In this document: positions 50,362 through 60,694 of the stretch, one piece after another
Position numbering within the stretch: position 1 is the first letter of the stretch
How the letters are laid out: each line of letters begins with the position of its first letter
Assembly: GCA_041746575.1 (NCBI GenBank)
Contig: JBGTGT010000113.1
Span: forward strand, 1 to 64,000
Direction of reading: 5' to 3'
DNA length: 64,000 nt
DNA from: Microcystaceae cyanobacterium
GTDB lineage: Bacteria > Cyanobacteriota > Cyanobacteriia > Cyanobacteriales > Microcystaceae
The notes under the pieces: generated by a model
Seen by the model: only the letters and a program-made list of their open reading frames with translations
Told to the model about the DNA's origin: nothing
The model's database searches: none
Position numbers and translations under genes: made by a program

Positions 50362-52011
50362 TTAAATAACTAGCAATAAATCAATAAATTGATGCCATGT
50401 TAAAGATTCATATCCTGTTTTATGCTTTAAAAACTTAATTTCTTGAGGGAATAAAGGAGGTTCTCCTACGCTCTGCAAAACCCGATTCATTTCTGCTGAA
50501 TCGATTAACCCGTCTTCATTATCATCAATAGGAATAAAATAAGTCACCAATTCATTATAGTTAGTGGTTAAGCGTTGGTGTCGTAAGATTAATTCTCCAA
50601 ATTCTTCAAAGTCAATTTTCCCACTATTATCAAGATCAATACTGTTAAATAAGTCGTTAATTTCAGTATCTAGCAGCGTGTCATGGGCAAGTCTTAAGTA
50701 GGTTTTTAATTCTGATAGTGAAATTTTTTCATTGCGATCACTATCAATAGCATTAAAAATATATCGGAGGTCTCCTTTAAGTTCAGCACTCGCTTTTTGA
50801 AAGAGCAAAAAAGTTGTTTTTTCTACTATCGCTTCTTGAAGTTGATAGCGAAAACTGACAATAATCTCTTTGGCAATTTGATAACGTTTATAATGTTCTT
50901 CAGGGCAAGTAATTGTATAAAGTGCAACAGGAACTAGAGAAGGAATCGAATGTTTTACAATGAAAAAAGCACCCATCGTTGTTATCGTAAATGCTAAAGC
51001 TAATGGCGGTAACCCAAGGGGAGCAAAAACCAGAAGTAATTCCCAATGTACCCACGCACAAACGAAAGAGGCTAACAGTGCAATGCCAATACTGCGAGGT
51101 AGCGGCGCATAAAAAATTCCTCCCAAGGCAATCGCTGTCAAAACTGAGTTCAATTCCCATAATCCTAGATAGACAGATTGTAAGTCAATACCCAGAGCGA
51201 TCGCTACTATAGCACTTATCAAAGCCCCCATTAATCCCATTCCTGCACTAATAGGAGAACAGATAAAAACCCCCGTTAGAATTAATAAACTCGAAATCAG
51301 GTTTAGACTAAACAAGATACTGCCAAAGCTTCTGGGAAAAGAGAATAATAATTGTAAGCCATCTAGCGAAGTAATCGGCGGGCTTATTGGGGGACTTCCT
51401 AACTCAAATAATGGCTGAGGAATATATAATATTGCGCCATAAAAAAGAAGCGTTATTAAATGAAATGGAATCCCTAAAATCGAAATTTTAAAATAGGTTG
51501 TAATCCAAACTCTCAAAGTATTCGCTAAAATAGTGGTTAATATCGCTAAAATAATAACGGCAAATGCCCATAGAGGACTACCGTTTCCATTGCCCCACAA
51601 GCTAAATGTTCCGACGGCTAATCCCCCTAAAGTTCCATTAAAGCCCCAAACGCCATTCCGAATAGCGTCTATATTGACTTTTAGGAAAATAGCGGTTATT
51701 GTTGATGCGATCGCTCCTAATAATCCGCAGAGTCCAACCCAAGGAGAGTGAATAAAAGTTGCCACTAAAAATATTAATCCAGTCAAGGGATTATTGCAAA
51801 AAATGACCTGACCTATGCCGCGTAATGTAGCATTAATTCCGTCGAAAAAAGAGGATGGAACTAACTGCTCATTTAGCCATTGCATTGTACCTGTAATCGG
51901 CAGAAAGCGACGAGTTGAACTTTGAGCAGGAGCATCCAAAATTTTAGCCAGTAGCGCTTGCAAGGATAAAGATTGATGATGGGGGTTTTCTGTCGAATTT
52001 GATTCACTCAT
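50362..52011 (-). CDS. Urea transporter (UT/Utp) family membrane protein fused to a C-terminal EF-hand domain
   Basis: LRGIGQVIFCNNPLTG and GVWGFNG in repeat 1, about 10 TM segments; EF loops DSDRNEKISLSE, DLDNSGKIDFEE, DDNEDGLIDSAE. Confidence 0.85.
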   Translation of the reverse strand: MSESNSTENPHHQSLSLQALLAKILDAPAQSSTRRFLPITGTMQWLNEQLVPSSFFDGINATLRGIGQVIFCNNPLTGLIFLVATFIHSPWVGLCGLLGAIASTITAIFLKVNIDAIRNGVWGFNGTLGGLAVGTFSLWGNGNGSPLWAFAVIILAILTTILANTLRVWITTYFKISILGIPFHLITLLFYGAILYIPQPLFELGSPPISPPITSLDGLQLLFSFPRSFGSILFSLNLISSLLILTGVFICSPISAGMGLMGALISAIVAIALGIDLQSVYLGLWELNSVLTAIALGGIFYAPLPRSIGIALLASFVCAWVHWELLLVFAPLGLPPLALAFTITTMGAFFIVKHSIPSLVPVALYTITCPEEHYKRYQIAKEIIVSFRYQLQEAIVEKTTFLLFQKASAELKGDLRYIFNAIDSDRNEKISLSELKTYLRLAHDTLLDTEINDLFNSIDLDNSGKIDFEEFGELILRHQRLTTNYNELVTYFIPIDDNEDGLIDSAEMNRVLQSVGEPPLFPQEIKFLKHKTGYESLTWHQFIDLLLVI

Positions 52012-52085
52012 TTTAAAATTAGAAATTGAGAATTAATTTAGTTTAGTGTATTATGAAAAGCTTGACTGAGTGCAGGTAATATGTT

Positions 52086-53804
52086 ATGAAACAAGACCAA
52101 AGATTATATGGCAAGACAATGACTACTTTACCGTTATACCTCCCTAGACCTAGAGAAGCGGAAGGCACTTATTTAAGAATTGTGTCTATTAATGATGTTT
52201 ACGAAATTAAAAACTATCCTTATATTGAAACTGTAATTCAAGGACTGAAGCAAACAGCAGAAGATGCAGTGGTCATTGCTTCTATGAGTGGGGATTTTCT
52301 CTCTCCTTGCCTGCTAACATCTTTGGATGGTGGGAAATCCATGTTGGATGTTCTTAATGTTGTCAATATCGATTATATTTGCTTTGGCAATCACGAATTT
52401 GATATCAATTTAGATGTCCTGCACGAACGGTTTAAGACCTATCGAGGAAAATGTCTAAACGGCAATATTCCTAACTTATCTATCGTTGATATAACAGGTA
52501 ATCCTCTGCCCAAATACGATCTTGTAAAAATAAAAAAACATCGAGTCGCCTTCGCCGGATTTTGTACCAACAATACTGATATTTTTCGACCGGGAACCAA
52601 TTTAACAATTCTGCCAATTTTTGAGGCTTTAAAACAAGTTTGGACTGAGTGTAAAAATGAAGCAACTATGTTAATTCCACTGACCCATCAAACCATTGCT
52701 GAAGATCGGGCATTAGCAATTCAAATTGCAGAAGATGACGAACTTCGAGGCCATATTCCGATTATTCTGGGTGGCCACGAACATGAAGTTTATATTGAAG
52801 AAATCGCCCAAAACTTTATTGTCAAAGCGGGCTCTGATGCTAAGAATGTTGTAGTGGCAGATGTGTGGTGGACAGCAGAGGATAAAGTACAAAGGGCGGT
52901 TCATTTATTACCAGCAAGTCACTTTGATGCCGATCCCCATGCTCAAATATTCGTCGAAAAAACGCAAAACTTTTTGGGTTCGTTAATAGATGTAGAGATT
53001 TTTCAAGTCAAAGAAACTATGTCTTCTAAGAGAACACGCTTCCAGCCAGAAAAAGTTGCCTCAACCCTCTGTTCTTATATTAAAAAAAGTTTACAAAATA
53101 TAAATATCGTTATATTGCAAGGAGGATGTGTCCGAGGCAATCGTGACTATCAAAAAGATTCATCATTTACCTATGGCGATTTGTTGGAAGAATTACCTTT
53201 TGATACGCAAATTGCCGTGATTAAAGTCCCCGGAAAAGTCTTGCAGGATGCCATCTCTTTAACACGAAGTACACCTGAGCAAGAAGCTCCCAACTTTTTA
53301 CACGTAGATCTTGATACCATTATTGAAGACTATCCCCGTTTAAAAATTGTCAGTATTAACCACGCACCTTTTGACCCTGAAAAGATATACAATGTTGCGA
53401 TTTATCAATTTTTGCTGACAGGTTTAAACGAGATTAAGCCTCTGCTAGATTATGTCAATACCCAAGGCAGTATTCCCTCTTTAGAGCAGTGTATTCCGGG
53501 GAAAAACTTAATTCTAGAAGCTTGTATGAAAGATGCTTGGCGAACCCTCGTTAATTTTGAGGAATGGGATAGCAATGGAGATGGAAATATTTCTAAATCC
53601 GAACTCGAACAAGCTGTTAAAAAAGCCTTTGCCTTTCTAGATCAAAACCAAGATGGACACATTTCACCCACAGAGCTGCAAACTGCAATTATCGAAAAAA
53701 CAGGGAATCGAGATCATGGCTTAATTAATATGATGTTTGAGATGCTTGATGCCGATAACGATGGTATGGTGTCAATGGAAGAATTAGCATCTTTAGCGAT
53801 ATAA
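52086..53804 (+). CDS. 5'-nucleotidase (metallophosphoesterase + 5'-NT C domain) fused to EF-hands
   Basis: NDVYE, GDF, GNHEFD, LTH, GGHEH, GGCVRG and ELPF; EF loops DSNGDGNISKSE, DQNQDGHISPTE, DADNDGMVSMEE. No signal peptide; start may be 52119. Confidence 0.88.
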   Translation: MKQDQRLYGKTMTTLPLYLPRPREAEGTYLRIVSINDVYEIKNYPYIETVIQGLKQTAEDAVVIASMSGDFLSPCLLTSLDGGKSMLDVLNVVNIDYICFGNHEFDINLDVLHERFKTYRGKCLNGNIPNLSIVDITGNPLPKYDLVKIKKHRVAFAGFCTNNTDIFRPGTNLTILPIFEALKQVWTECKNEATMLIPLTHQTIAEDRALAIQIAEDDELRGHIPIILGGHEHEVYIEEIAQNFIVKAGSDAKNVVVADVWWTAEDKVQRAVHLLPASHFDADPHAQIFVEKTQNFLGSLIDVEIFQVKETMSSKRTRFQPEKVASTLCSYIKKSLQNINIVILQGGCVRGNRDYQKDSSFTYGDLLEELPFDTQIAVIKVPGKVLQDAISLTRSTPEQEAPNFLHVDLDTIIEDYPRLKIVSINHAPFDPEKIYNVAIYQFLLTGLNEIKPLLDYVNTQGSIPSLEQCIPGKNLILEACMKDAWRTLVNFEEWDSNGDGNISKSELEQAVKKAFAFLDQNQDGHISPTELQTAIIEKTGNRDHGLINMMFEMLDADNDGMVSMEELASLAI

Positions 53805-53865
53805 ACCGTGTGCCTGTTCAAAACACTCACTTGTGAGAACAAGGAAGCAACGAGATTTTTTAATG

Positions 53866-54855
53866 TTAGGAAACGAATTGTTTAAAGAGTTGTAAGAACT
53901 TTTGAGTATCAACATCAAAACAGGCATCAACATTAGGGGGGTTTGCCAATTCATCACGCCGATTGCGTAAATCTGCTAAAGATAGCCCTTTGGTAAAACG
54001 GCCTTCCGTTTCCACTACCATATAAAGGGGTTCTGTTTTTACTAAGCTTGGATCGAGCACAACTGCTATCGCTAAAGGATCATGTAAATAACAGCCATAA
54101 AATCCCTCATTATCCCGATAAAATGCCATATAAATTTCTGTACAATCAGCAATAAACTGAGTGATTTTCGATGGAGAATTCCGTAAATTTTCCTCCACAA
54201 CTTTACGATGTAAAGGTGCTTTTATCGCAACATCTAAACCCACCAACGTTAATGGAATACCCGATTCCATTACCAATTGTGCGGCATGGGGATCAACAAA
54301 AAAATTAAATTCGGCAGCAGCTGAAATATTGCCCGGAACATTTACGGCTCCTCCCATAATAATAATACGCCCAATTTTTTTCAGGACTTCGGCATCTTTT
54401 TGCAGCGCAGTGGCAATATTTGTGAGGGGACCTAAAGCAACAATTGTTAAGTTTTTACCGTATTCCTGTGCCGCATTGAGAAGGATATCAATAGCACTTT
54501 CAGGAGAAAGTTTTAAGGCTAATTCAGGATAACGAGGAGAGCCATTTTTTTCTTGAAAACGGTGTAATTCTCCCAAACCATCCGCACCGTGAATTCCTGC
54601 CGCATCAAAGGGAGGATTAACTAATGGTTTTTTACAGCCTTTTGCCACCGTTGGCATTTTATTAGGAGCGACAACACTAACCACACGTAAGACATTTTGA
54701 GCCGCTTGCTCAACATTAATATTACCCGCCAAAACGGTGATCGCTTTCAGATCAATTTGTGGTGAATTTAAGGCCATAATCAAGGCTAAAGCATCATCTA
54801 CTCCGCCATCAGTGTCAATAATTATAGGGATCGAGGGATTGGGTAAACTCGCCAT
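53866..54855 (-). CDS. Inosine/uridine-preferring nucleoside hydrolase
   Basis: DTDGGVDDA, IHGADGLG, LGPLTN, AEFN..VDP.AA and LHDP motifs. Confidence 0.93.
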   Translation of the reverse strand: MASLPNPSIPIIIDTDGGVDDALALIMALNSPQIDLKAITVLAGNINVEQAAQNVLRVVSVVAPNKMPTVAKGCKKPLVNPPFDAAGIHGADGLGELHRFQEKNGSPRYPELALKLSPESAIDILLNAAQEYGKNLTIVALGPLTNIATALQKDAEVLKKIGRIIIMGGAVNVPGNISAAAEFNFFVDPHAAQLVMESGIPLTLVGLDVAIKAPLHRKVVEENLRNSPSKITQFIADCTEIYMAFYRDNEGFYGCYLHDPLAIAVVLDPSLVKTEPLYMVVETEGRFTKGLSLADLRNRRDELANPPNVDACFDVDTQKFLQLFKQFVS

Positions 54856-55060
54856 AGTACTCAAAATTTCCTAAAATCTGCTGTATCTGCTTTAATAGAA
54901 ATATTAATAATTTGAAGTTTACCATTCAATGGATAGCTAACTCGCCAGCGTGCAATTTTAGGCAGAGTGCTCACCAATTTGTCGTTGGACTCAATCAACT
55001 GCCATCGATTCGAGAATAGTCCTTAAATCTTGACATTCACACCCGTATTCCCTTAGAGCC

Positions 55061-55277
55061 ATGGAGTACCCCAGAAAAAGCCAGAGAATTACTGGCTCAA
55101 GAACGGTAACATGACCACCAAACCCCTGAAAAAATGGTTAATCGGGTGGTCAAAGAAGAGCAATCGCAACAACAAGAACTTAATAAAAAAGCACGGAAAT
55201 TACTAACCCAAGATCGTCAACACAAACAAAATCTTGACGAAAATATGCTAAGTCGTGCTGAATCCGAACTTCATTAA
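55061..55277 (+). pseudogene. Degenerate two-repeat IF7/IF17-like small protein gene
   Basis: Removing one G after ATG gives MSTPEKARELLAQER*HDHQTPEKMVNRV...KKARKLLTQDRQHKQNLDENMLSRAESELH*; internal TAA at 55107. Confidence 0.6.
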
Positions 55278-55443
55278 CCAGAATCTCTCACCATTGATTC
55301 AGGAAATATTAAAGCAATATGGCTATTTTCTTCGATCTTTTGCTTTTCTGCCTTTGAAACTTCTCCTTACAATCAGCAAAAAATCCTCCTAACGTTACGC
55401 TCGATCAACCAAAGATGCTACGATTGACCAGAGAGAAAGAAAC

Positions 55444-57624
55444 GTGATAGAAAAGGATAGACGCTTCATGAAGGAGTTTGAGAAGTCCATCTCTTTTGAC
55501 GGGAGAGATATTCGGCTAAAGATCGGAGCATTTGCCCCCCAAGCCGGGGGAAGCGTTCTGATTCAGTCTGGAGACACCGCAGTTTTAGTAACTGCAACCC
55601 GTGCAACCGCCAGAGAAGGCATTGATTTTTTGCCCCTAACGGCAGATTATGAAGAACGTCTGTATGCAGCAGGACGTATTCCAGGTGGATTCTTACGTAG
55701 AGAAGGCAGACCGCCCGAAAGAGCCGTTTTAATCAGTCGTTTAATTGATCGCCCCCTCCGTCCCCTTTTTCCCCAATGGTTACGGGATGATCTTCAAGTA
55801 GTAGCGACAACTTTATCCATGGATGAAGAAGTCCCCCCAGATGTCTTAGCGGTAACGGGGGCATCTGTAGCGGTTTTGTTGGCAAAAATCCCCTTTTATG
55901 GGCCGATGGCTGCTGTCAGAGTGGGATTAGTCGGGGATGATTTCATTATTAACCCCACTTACCGAGAAATTAACATTGGCGATCTCGATTTAGTGGTGGC
56001 CGGCAGTCCCAATGGGGTGGTGATGGTTGAGGCGGGTGCCAATCAGTTGCCCGAACAGGATATCATCGAAGCGATCGATTTTGGTTATGAGGCAGTGCGG
56101 GATCTCATCCAAGCGCAACACGATGTAATTAAAGAATTAGGCATTGAAATTGTCATCGAAGAACCGCCGTCGGTTGATGAAATGCTTGAACAATTTGTCA
56201 GCGAAAAAGCGACTCCTGCGGTCAAAAAAATCCTCTTACAGTACGATTTAACCAAGCAAGGTCGAGATGAAGCCTTAGATGTTGTTAAAGCTGAAGTTGA
56301 AGAAGCGATCGCTGCTTTGCCTGAAGATGACCCCATTAAGGCAACTACTAGCGAAAATGGCAAAGCATTAGGCAATACTTACAAGGGTTTGACCAAAAAA
56401 CTGATGCGGACGCAGATTGTCGAAGAAGGGGTGCGGGTGGATGGTCGTCAACTCGACGAAGTTCGTCCGATTTCTTGTGAGGTCTCCCTGTTACCGCGAC
56501 GGGTGCATGGCAGTGCCTTATTCAATCGGGGATTAACCCAAGTGCTGTCTTTAACGACCCTCGGCACCACAGGAGACGCTCAAGACTTAGCCGATGATCT
56601 CCATCCGGGGGACGAAAAACGCTATCTCCATCACTATAATTTCCCGCCTTATTCTGTCAGAGAAACCCGTCCCCTCCGTCCTCCCGGACGACGAGAAATT
56701 GGGCATGGTGCCTTAGCAGAACGGGCGATTTTACCCGTTTTACCCTCTCAAGAAGAGTTTCCCTATGTGGTGCGGGTGGTTTCAGAAGTCCTCTCTTCCA
56801 ACGGCTCAACGTCAATGGGATCAGTCTGTGGTTCTACCTTATCCCTGATGGATGCAGGCGTTCCTTTGTTAAAGCCCGTTAGTGGAGCGGCTATGGGACT
56901 AATCAAAGAAGGCGAAGAGGTGCGAATTCTCACGGATATTCAAGGTATTGAAGATTTCTTAGGGGATATGGACTTTAAGGTCGCTGGAACCGATGTGGGC
57001 ATTACGGCGTTGCAAATGGACATGAAAATTACGGGATTGTCCATGAATACGATTGCTAAAGCCATTCAGCAAGCCCGTCCGGCTCGTTTGCACATCCTTG
57101 AGAAGATGTTAGCGACACTTGAGAAACCCCGCCCTGAATTGTCGCCGTTTGCCCCCCGTCTGATGACGACCAAAATTGATCCTGATATGATTGGTTTAGT
57201 CATTGGTCCCGGTGGTAAAACGATCAAAGGCATTACGGAGCAAACCAACTGTAAAATCGACATTGCTGATGATGGAACGGTGACGATCGCCGCAACGGAT
57301 TCAGAAAACGCTAAACGTGCCAAACAGATTATCTACAATATGACCCGCAAACTCTCAGAAGGGGAAGTTTATTTGGGTAAAGTCACCCGCATTATTCAGA
57401 TTGGGGCATTTGTCGAAATTTTACCCGGCAAAGAGGGCATGATTCATATTTCCCAATTGGCCGAAGGCCGAGTCGGTAAAGTGGAGGATGAACTGGCCGT
57501 CGGGGATGAAGTAATCGTCAAAGTTCGTGAAATTGACGGAAAAGGACGGTTAAATCTAACCCGTTTGGGAATCCATCCCGATGAAGCCGCTCAAGCACGC
57601 CGTGCGGCATCTAACCTTTACTGA
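55444..57624 (+). CDS. pnp: Polyribonucleotide nucleotidyltransferase
   Basis: [27 protein letters not shown] and S1 domains; start may be ATG 55468. Confidence 0.98.
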   Translation: MIEKDRRFMKEFEKSISFDGRDIRLKIGAFAPQAGGSVLIQSGDTAVLVTATRATAREGIDFLPLTADYEERLYAAGRIPGGFLRREGRPPERAVLISRLIDRPLRPLFPQWLRDDLQVVATTLSMDEEVPPDVLAVTGASVAVLLAKIPFYGPMAAVRVGLVGDDFIINPTYREINIGDLDLVVAGSPNGVVMVEAGANQLPEQDIIEAIDFGYEAVRDLIQAQHDVIKELGIEIVIEEPPSVDEMLEQFVSEKATPAVKKILLQYDLTKQGRDEALDVVKAEVEEAIAALPEDDPIKATTSENGKALGNTYKGLTKKLMRTQIVEEGVRVDGRQLDEVRPISCEVSLLPRRVHGSALFNRGLTQVLSLTTLGTTGDAQDLADDLHPGDEKRYLHHYNFPPYSVRETRPLRPPGRREIGHGALAERAILPVLPSQEEFPYVVRVVSEVLSSNGSTSMGSVCGSTLSLMDAGVPLLKPVSGAAMGLIKEGEEVRILTDIQGIEDFLGDMDFKVAGTDVGITALQMDMKITGLSMNTIAKAIQQARPARLHILEKMLATLEKPRPELSPFAPRLMTTKIDPDMIGLVIGPGGKTIKGITEQTNCKIDIADDGTVTIAATDSENAKRAKQIIYNMTRKLSEGEVYLGKVTRIIQIGAFVEILPGKEGMIHISQLAEGRVGKVEDELAVGDEVIVKVREIDGKGRLNLTRLGIHPDEAAQARRAASNLY

Positions 57625-57708
57625 TCTTTGCAATGGGGTAAAGTACAAAGCTTCTAAACCTTGAGAATCTAACCCCTAACTTCTCAAACTTGAAACCGAA
57701 AAAAGACC

Positions 57709-58593
57709 ATGAGCAATGTAATTGGGATTGATTTGGGAGGAACGGCCATTAAATTTGGCCGTTTTTTGCGAAATGGCAACTGTACAGCGACTTTAACCCT
57801 ACCCACTCCCCAACCCTCTACCCCCGAAGCCGTCAGAGAAACCTTAATAGCAGGGATTGATCAACTCAATCTTGACCAGCCATCTTGCGCCATTGGTTTA
57901 GGAACACCAGGGCCGGTAGATGCTACAGGACGTATTGCCAAGGTTGCCATTAATTTAACGGGATGGCACGATATTCCCTTAGCAAATTGGTTGGAAACAG
58001 CGACAAAATTACCAACTGTTTTGGCCAATGATGCTAATTGTGCCGGATTGGGAGAAGCTTGGTTAGGAGCAGGGAAAGGGTATAATGACCTTATTTTGTT
58101 GACGTTAGGAACGGGGGTTGGAGGCGCAATTATCCTGAATGGTCAATTATTTACAGGTCATCAAGGGGCGGCAGGAGAATTGGGCTTAATTACGCTGAAC
58201 CCAGAGGGCGCACCCTGTAATAGTGGGAATCAAGGTTCATTAGAGCAGTATTGTTCGATTCAAGCGATTAAGCAACTAACAGGACGAGATCCTGCTGAAT
58301 TAGGCAAACTAGCTAAGGCAGGTGACCCCACGGCTTTGGGTTTTTGGCGGGAATATGGTCAATTTTTAGGGATTGGCTTAACCAGTTTAATTTATGTGTT
58401 AACGCCTCAGGCGGTAATTATTGGAGGCGGCATCAGTGCTAGTGCCGATTATTTTTTACCCGCCACCCGTGCGGAAATCACTCAGCGCGTGTTACCGAGT
58501 TCTCGGCAGGGGTTGGTTATTTTAAGAGCAGCCTTAGGCAATCAAGCGGGAATGGTGGGGGCGGCAAAATTAGCATGGTCTAAGATGAATTAA
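57709..58593 (+). CDS. ROK family sugar kinase
   Basis: GIDLGGT, NDANCA, TLGTGVGG and GAAGELG motifs. Confidence 0.92.
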   Translation: MSNVIGIDLGGTAIKFGRFLRNGNCTATLTLPTPQPSTPEAVRETLIAGIDQLNLDQPSCAIGLGTPGPVDATGRIAKVAINLTGWHDIPLANWLETATKLPTVLANDANCAGLGEAWLGAGKGYNDLILLTLGTGVGGAIILNGQLFTGHQGAAGELGLITLNPEGAPCNSGNQGSLEQYCSIQAIKQLTGRDPAELGKLAKAGDPTALGFWREYGQFLGIGLTSLIYVLTPQAVIIGGGISASADYFLPATRAEITQRVLPSSRQGLVILRAALGNQAGMVGAAKLAWSKMN

Positions 58594-58632
58594 CAATTCG
58601 ACGTTAATTTTGAATTTCTAAGACCGCCTTTT

Positions 58633-58950
58633 TTAGAAGTCTATCCTGACCCATCCCATTGACTTTTGTTCGACTCGAAAAATAAGAGCACGGGCTAACC
58701 CTAATTCTTGGACAACGGCTTGTAAGATTAAAGATTGTGCTTTGGTGGATTCCAAAAAAGTAGGACATTGGCTAAAATCTAAACATAAAACGGTTGAACA
58801 GTCCCAAGGCTCTCGAAATACTCGACAATTACTGGGAAGAAACGTGACCAACGCCCGAAAGCGACTAAGTGCCGCCTGTTCAAATTGCGTAGCGGTACAA
58901 TCGGACGGCAAAGGTTGATTGCTCATAGAATCCTCATCAAGGCTCGCCAT
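58633..58950 (-). CDS. Conserved cyanobacterial hypothetical protein
   Basis: FEQAAL.RFR and C.VFREPWDCSTVLCLDF..CP motifs. Confidence 0.65.
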   Translation of the reverse strand: MASLDEDSMSNQPLPSDCTATQFEQAALSRFRALVTFLPSNCRVFREPWDCSTVLCLDFSQCPTFLESTKAQSLILQAVVQELGLARALIFRVEQKSMGWVRIDF

Positions 58951-59003
58951 GCTTATTGTAGATTGCTTCCCCCTTCTTTGCTGAATTCCTCAATAAAAGC
59001 TTA

Positions 59004-60189
59004 ATGACTCAACCCTTGACCAATTTGCCGATTTCTGTATTGCTAATTGACGACCAACCGATGATTGGGGAATCTGTTCGCCGAATGTTAGCGGAGGAAA
59101 GCGATATTGTCTTTCACTATTGCCGAGATCCGACCCAAGCAATCACTATGGCACAATATACCCAACCAACGGTTATTTTACAAGATTTGGTGATGCCCGA
59201 TCTGGATGGATTGGTATTAGTGCGTTTTTTACAGGCTAAAAATGCGCCAACCCGCCATGTTCCTTTGGTGGTGTTATCGAGTCGTGAAGACCCAGTGATC
59301 AAGGTAGAAGCGTTTAAATCGGGAGCGAATGATTATTGGGTAAAATTACCGGATCCGAAAGAATTCATTGCCCGTATTCGTTATCATTACTAATGCTTAG
59401 ATTAACTTTCTTAAACGTCAAGAAGCAGAAGAAAAATTAAAACAAGAAAATTTAAGATTGAGTGCAGAATTAGAAGTTACTCGCCGTCTGCAACAGATGA
59501 TTTTACCCAAAGATGAAGAACTGCGTCAGATTTCGACTTTAGACATTGCCGGTTTTATGGAACCGGCTTCGGATGTGGGAGGAGATTATTATGATGTTTT
59601 ACAACACGATCAGGCGGTTAAAATTGGCATTGGGGATGTTACCGGCCCTGGCTTAGAAAGTGGAGTAGTTATGATAATGCTACAGACAGCTATCCGAACA
59701 TTGATGATGCAAGATCCCGTAAAGTTTTTAGATGTTATCAATCGAACGATTTATGATAATGTTAAACGCATTAATTCTGATAAGAATTTAACCTTAATTT
59801 TGCTGAATTATCAACAAAATTGTCTTCGTTTAAGCGGGCAACACGAATCTGTTATTGTGGTGCGATCACAAGGAGAGATTGAACTCATTGACACCATTGA
59901 TTTAGGATTTTCCATCGGTTTAGACGAAGAAATTATAGATTTTATTGCCGAAAAAGAAATTTACTTAAATACAGGAGATGGCGTTGTTCTTTATACTGAT
60001 GGCATTACAGAAGCCGAAAACGAGGTAGGAGAATTTTATGGATTAGAACGATTGTGTGAGGTTATTTCTCAACATTGGTCAAAGCCATCTCAAGAGATCA
60101 AAAAAGCGGTGATTGAAAACCTTAGAAATCATATTGGTCGGCAAAAAGTTTATGATGATATTACCTTACTCATTCTCAAGCAAAAATAA
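59004..60189 (+). pseudogene. Receiver-SpoIIE (PP2C) phosphatase fusion, disrupted
   Basis: REC domain ends ARIRYH; a +1 shift and TAG (59398) separate it from the in-frame linker INFLKRQEAEEKLKQENLRLSAELEV and the PP2C domain (GGDYYD, YTDGITEA, DDITL). Confidence 0.82.
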
Positions 60190-60344
60190 TCTATCTCATG
60201 ATATTTTAAGTTTGATTTTTTATTTTGCCCCTTTTCAAGTCGCCAACAACAAAGTAATTATAACCGTCTCAGCGATGAAGAACAGGCGTTTCTTCCGTGG
60301 GATGATCTATAATAAAAGGCGATCTTTAAAGATGACCCGAAATT

Positions 60345-60569
60345 ATGAGCAACATCGAACAACAAATTGAAACGGAACGTGCTAACGCCAGAGCAGTTTG
60401 TAGTACAGAAGGTGCAAACTCTGGCGACTGTGCTGCCGCTTGGGATGCCGTTGAAGAATTACAAGCAGAAGCCTCCCACCAACGGGAAAGTCATCCCGAG
60501 AAAAGCTCTTTTGAAAAATATTGCGATGATAATCCCGAAGCAGCAGAATGCCGTATTTATGACGATTAA
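60345..60569 (+). CDS. cp12: Calvin cycle protein CP12
   Basis: CAAAWDAVEEL and YCDDNPEAAECRIYDD; both Cys pairs present. Confidence 0.95.
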   Translation: MSNIEQQIETERANARAVCSTEGANSGDCAAAWDAVEELQAEASHQRESHPEKSSFEKYCDDNPEAAECRIYDD

Positions 60570-60592
60570 GCTGAAATACTAATCGCTCGATC

Positions 60593-60633
60593 AGCGGTGG
60601 AATCGGCTCGCTTGCTGAATTCCACTGCTTTTT
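60593..60633 (+). terminator. Intrinsic terminator after cp12
   Basis: AGCGGTGGAAT...ATTCCACTGCT followed by TTTT. Confidence 0.7.
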
Positions 60634-60694
60634 GCTGATACGACCCTTTTTTCTTTTAAACTTAGCTTAGATTATCTCTATCATTTCATTTTTT

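Noticed and set aside
52012..52118. NtcA box in the channel/nucleotidase divergent promoter
   Set aside because: Best match is GTA-N8-AGC; too degenerate to call.
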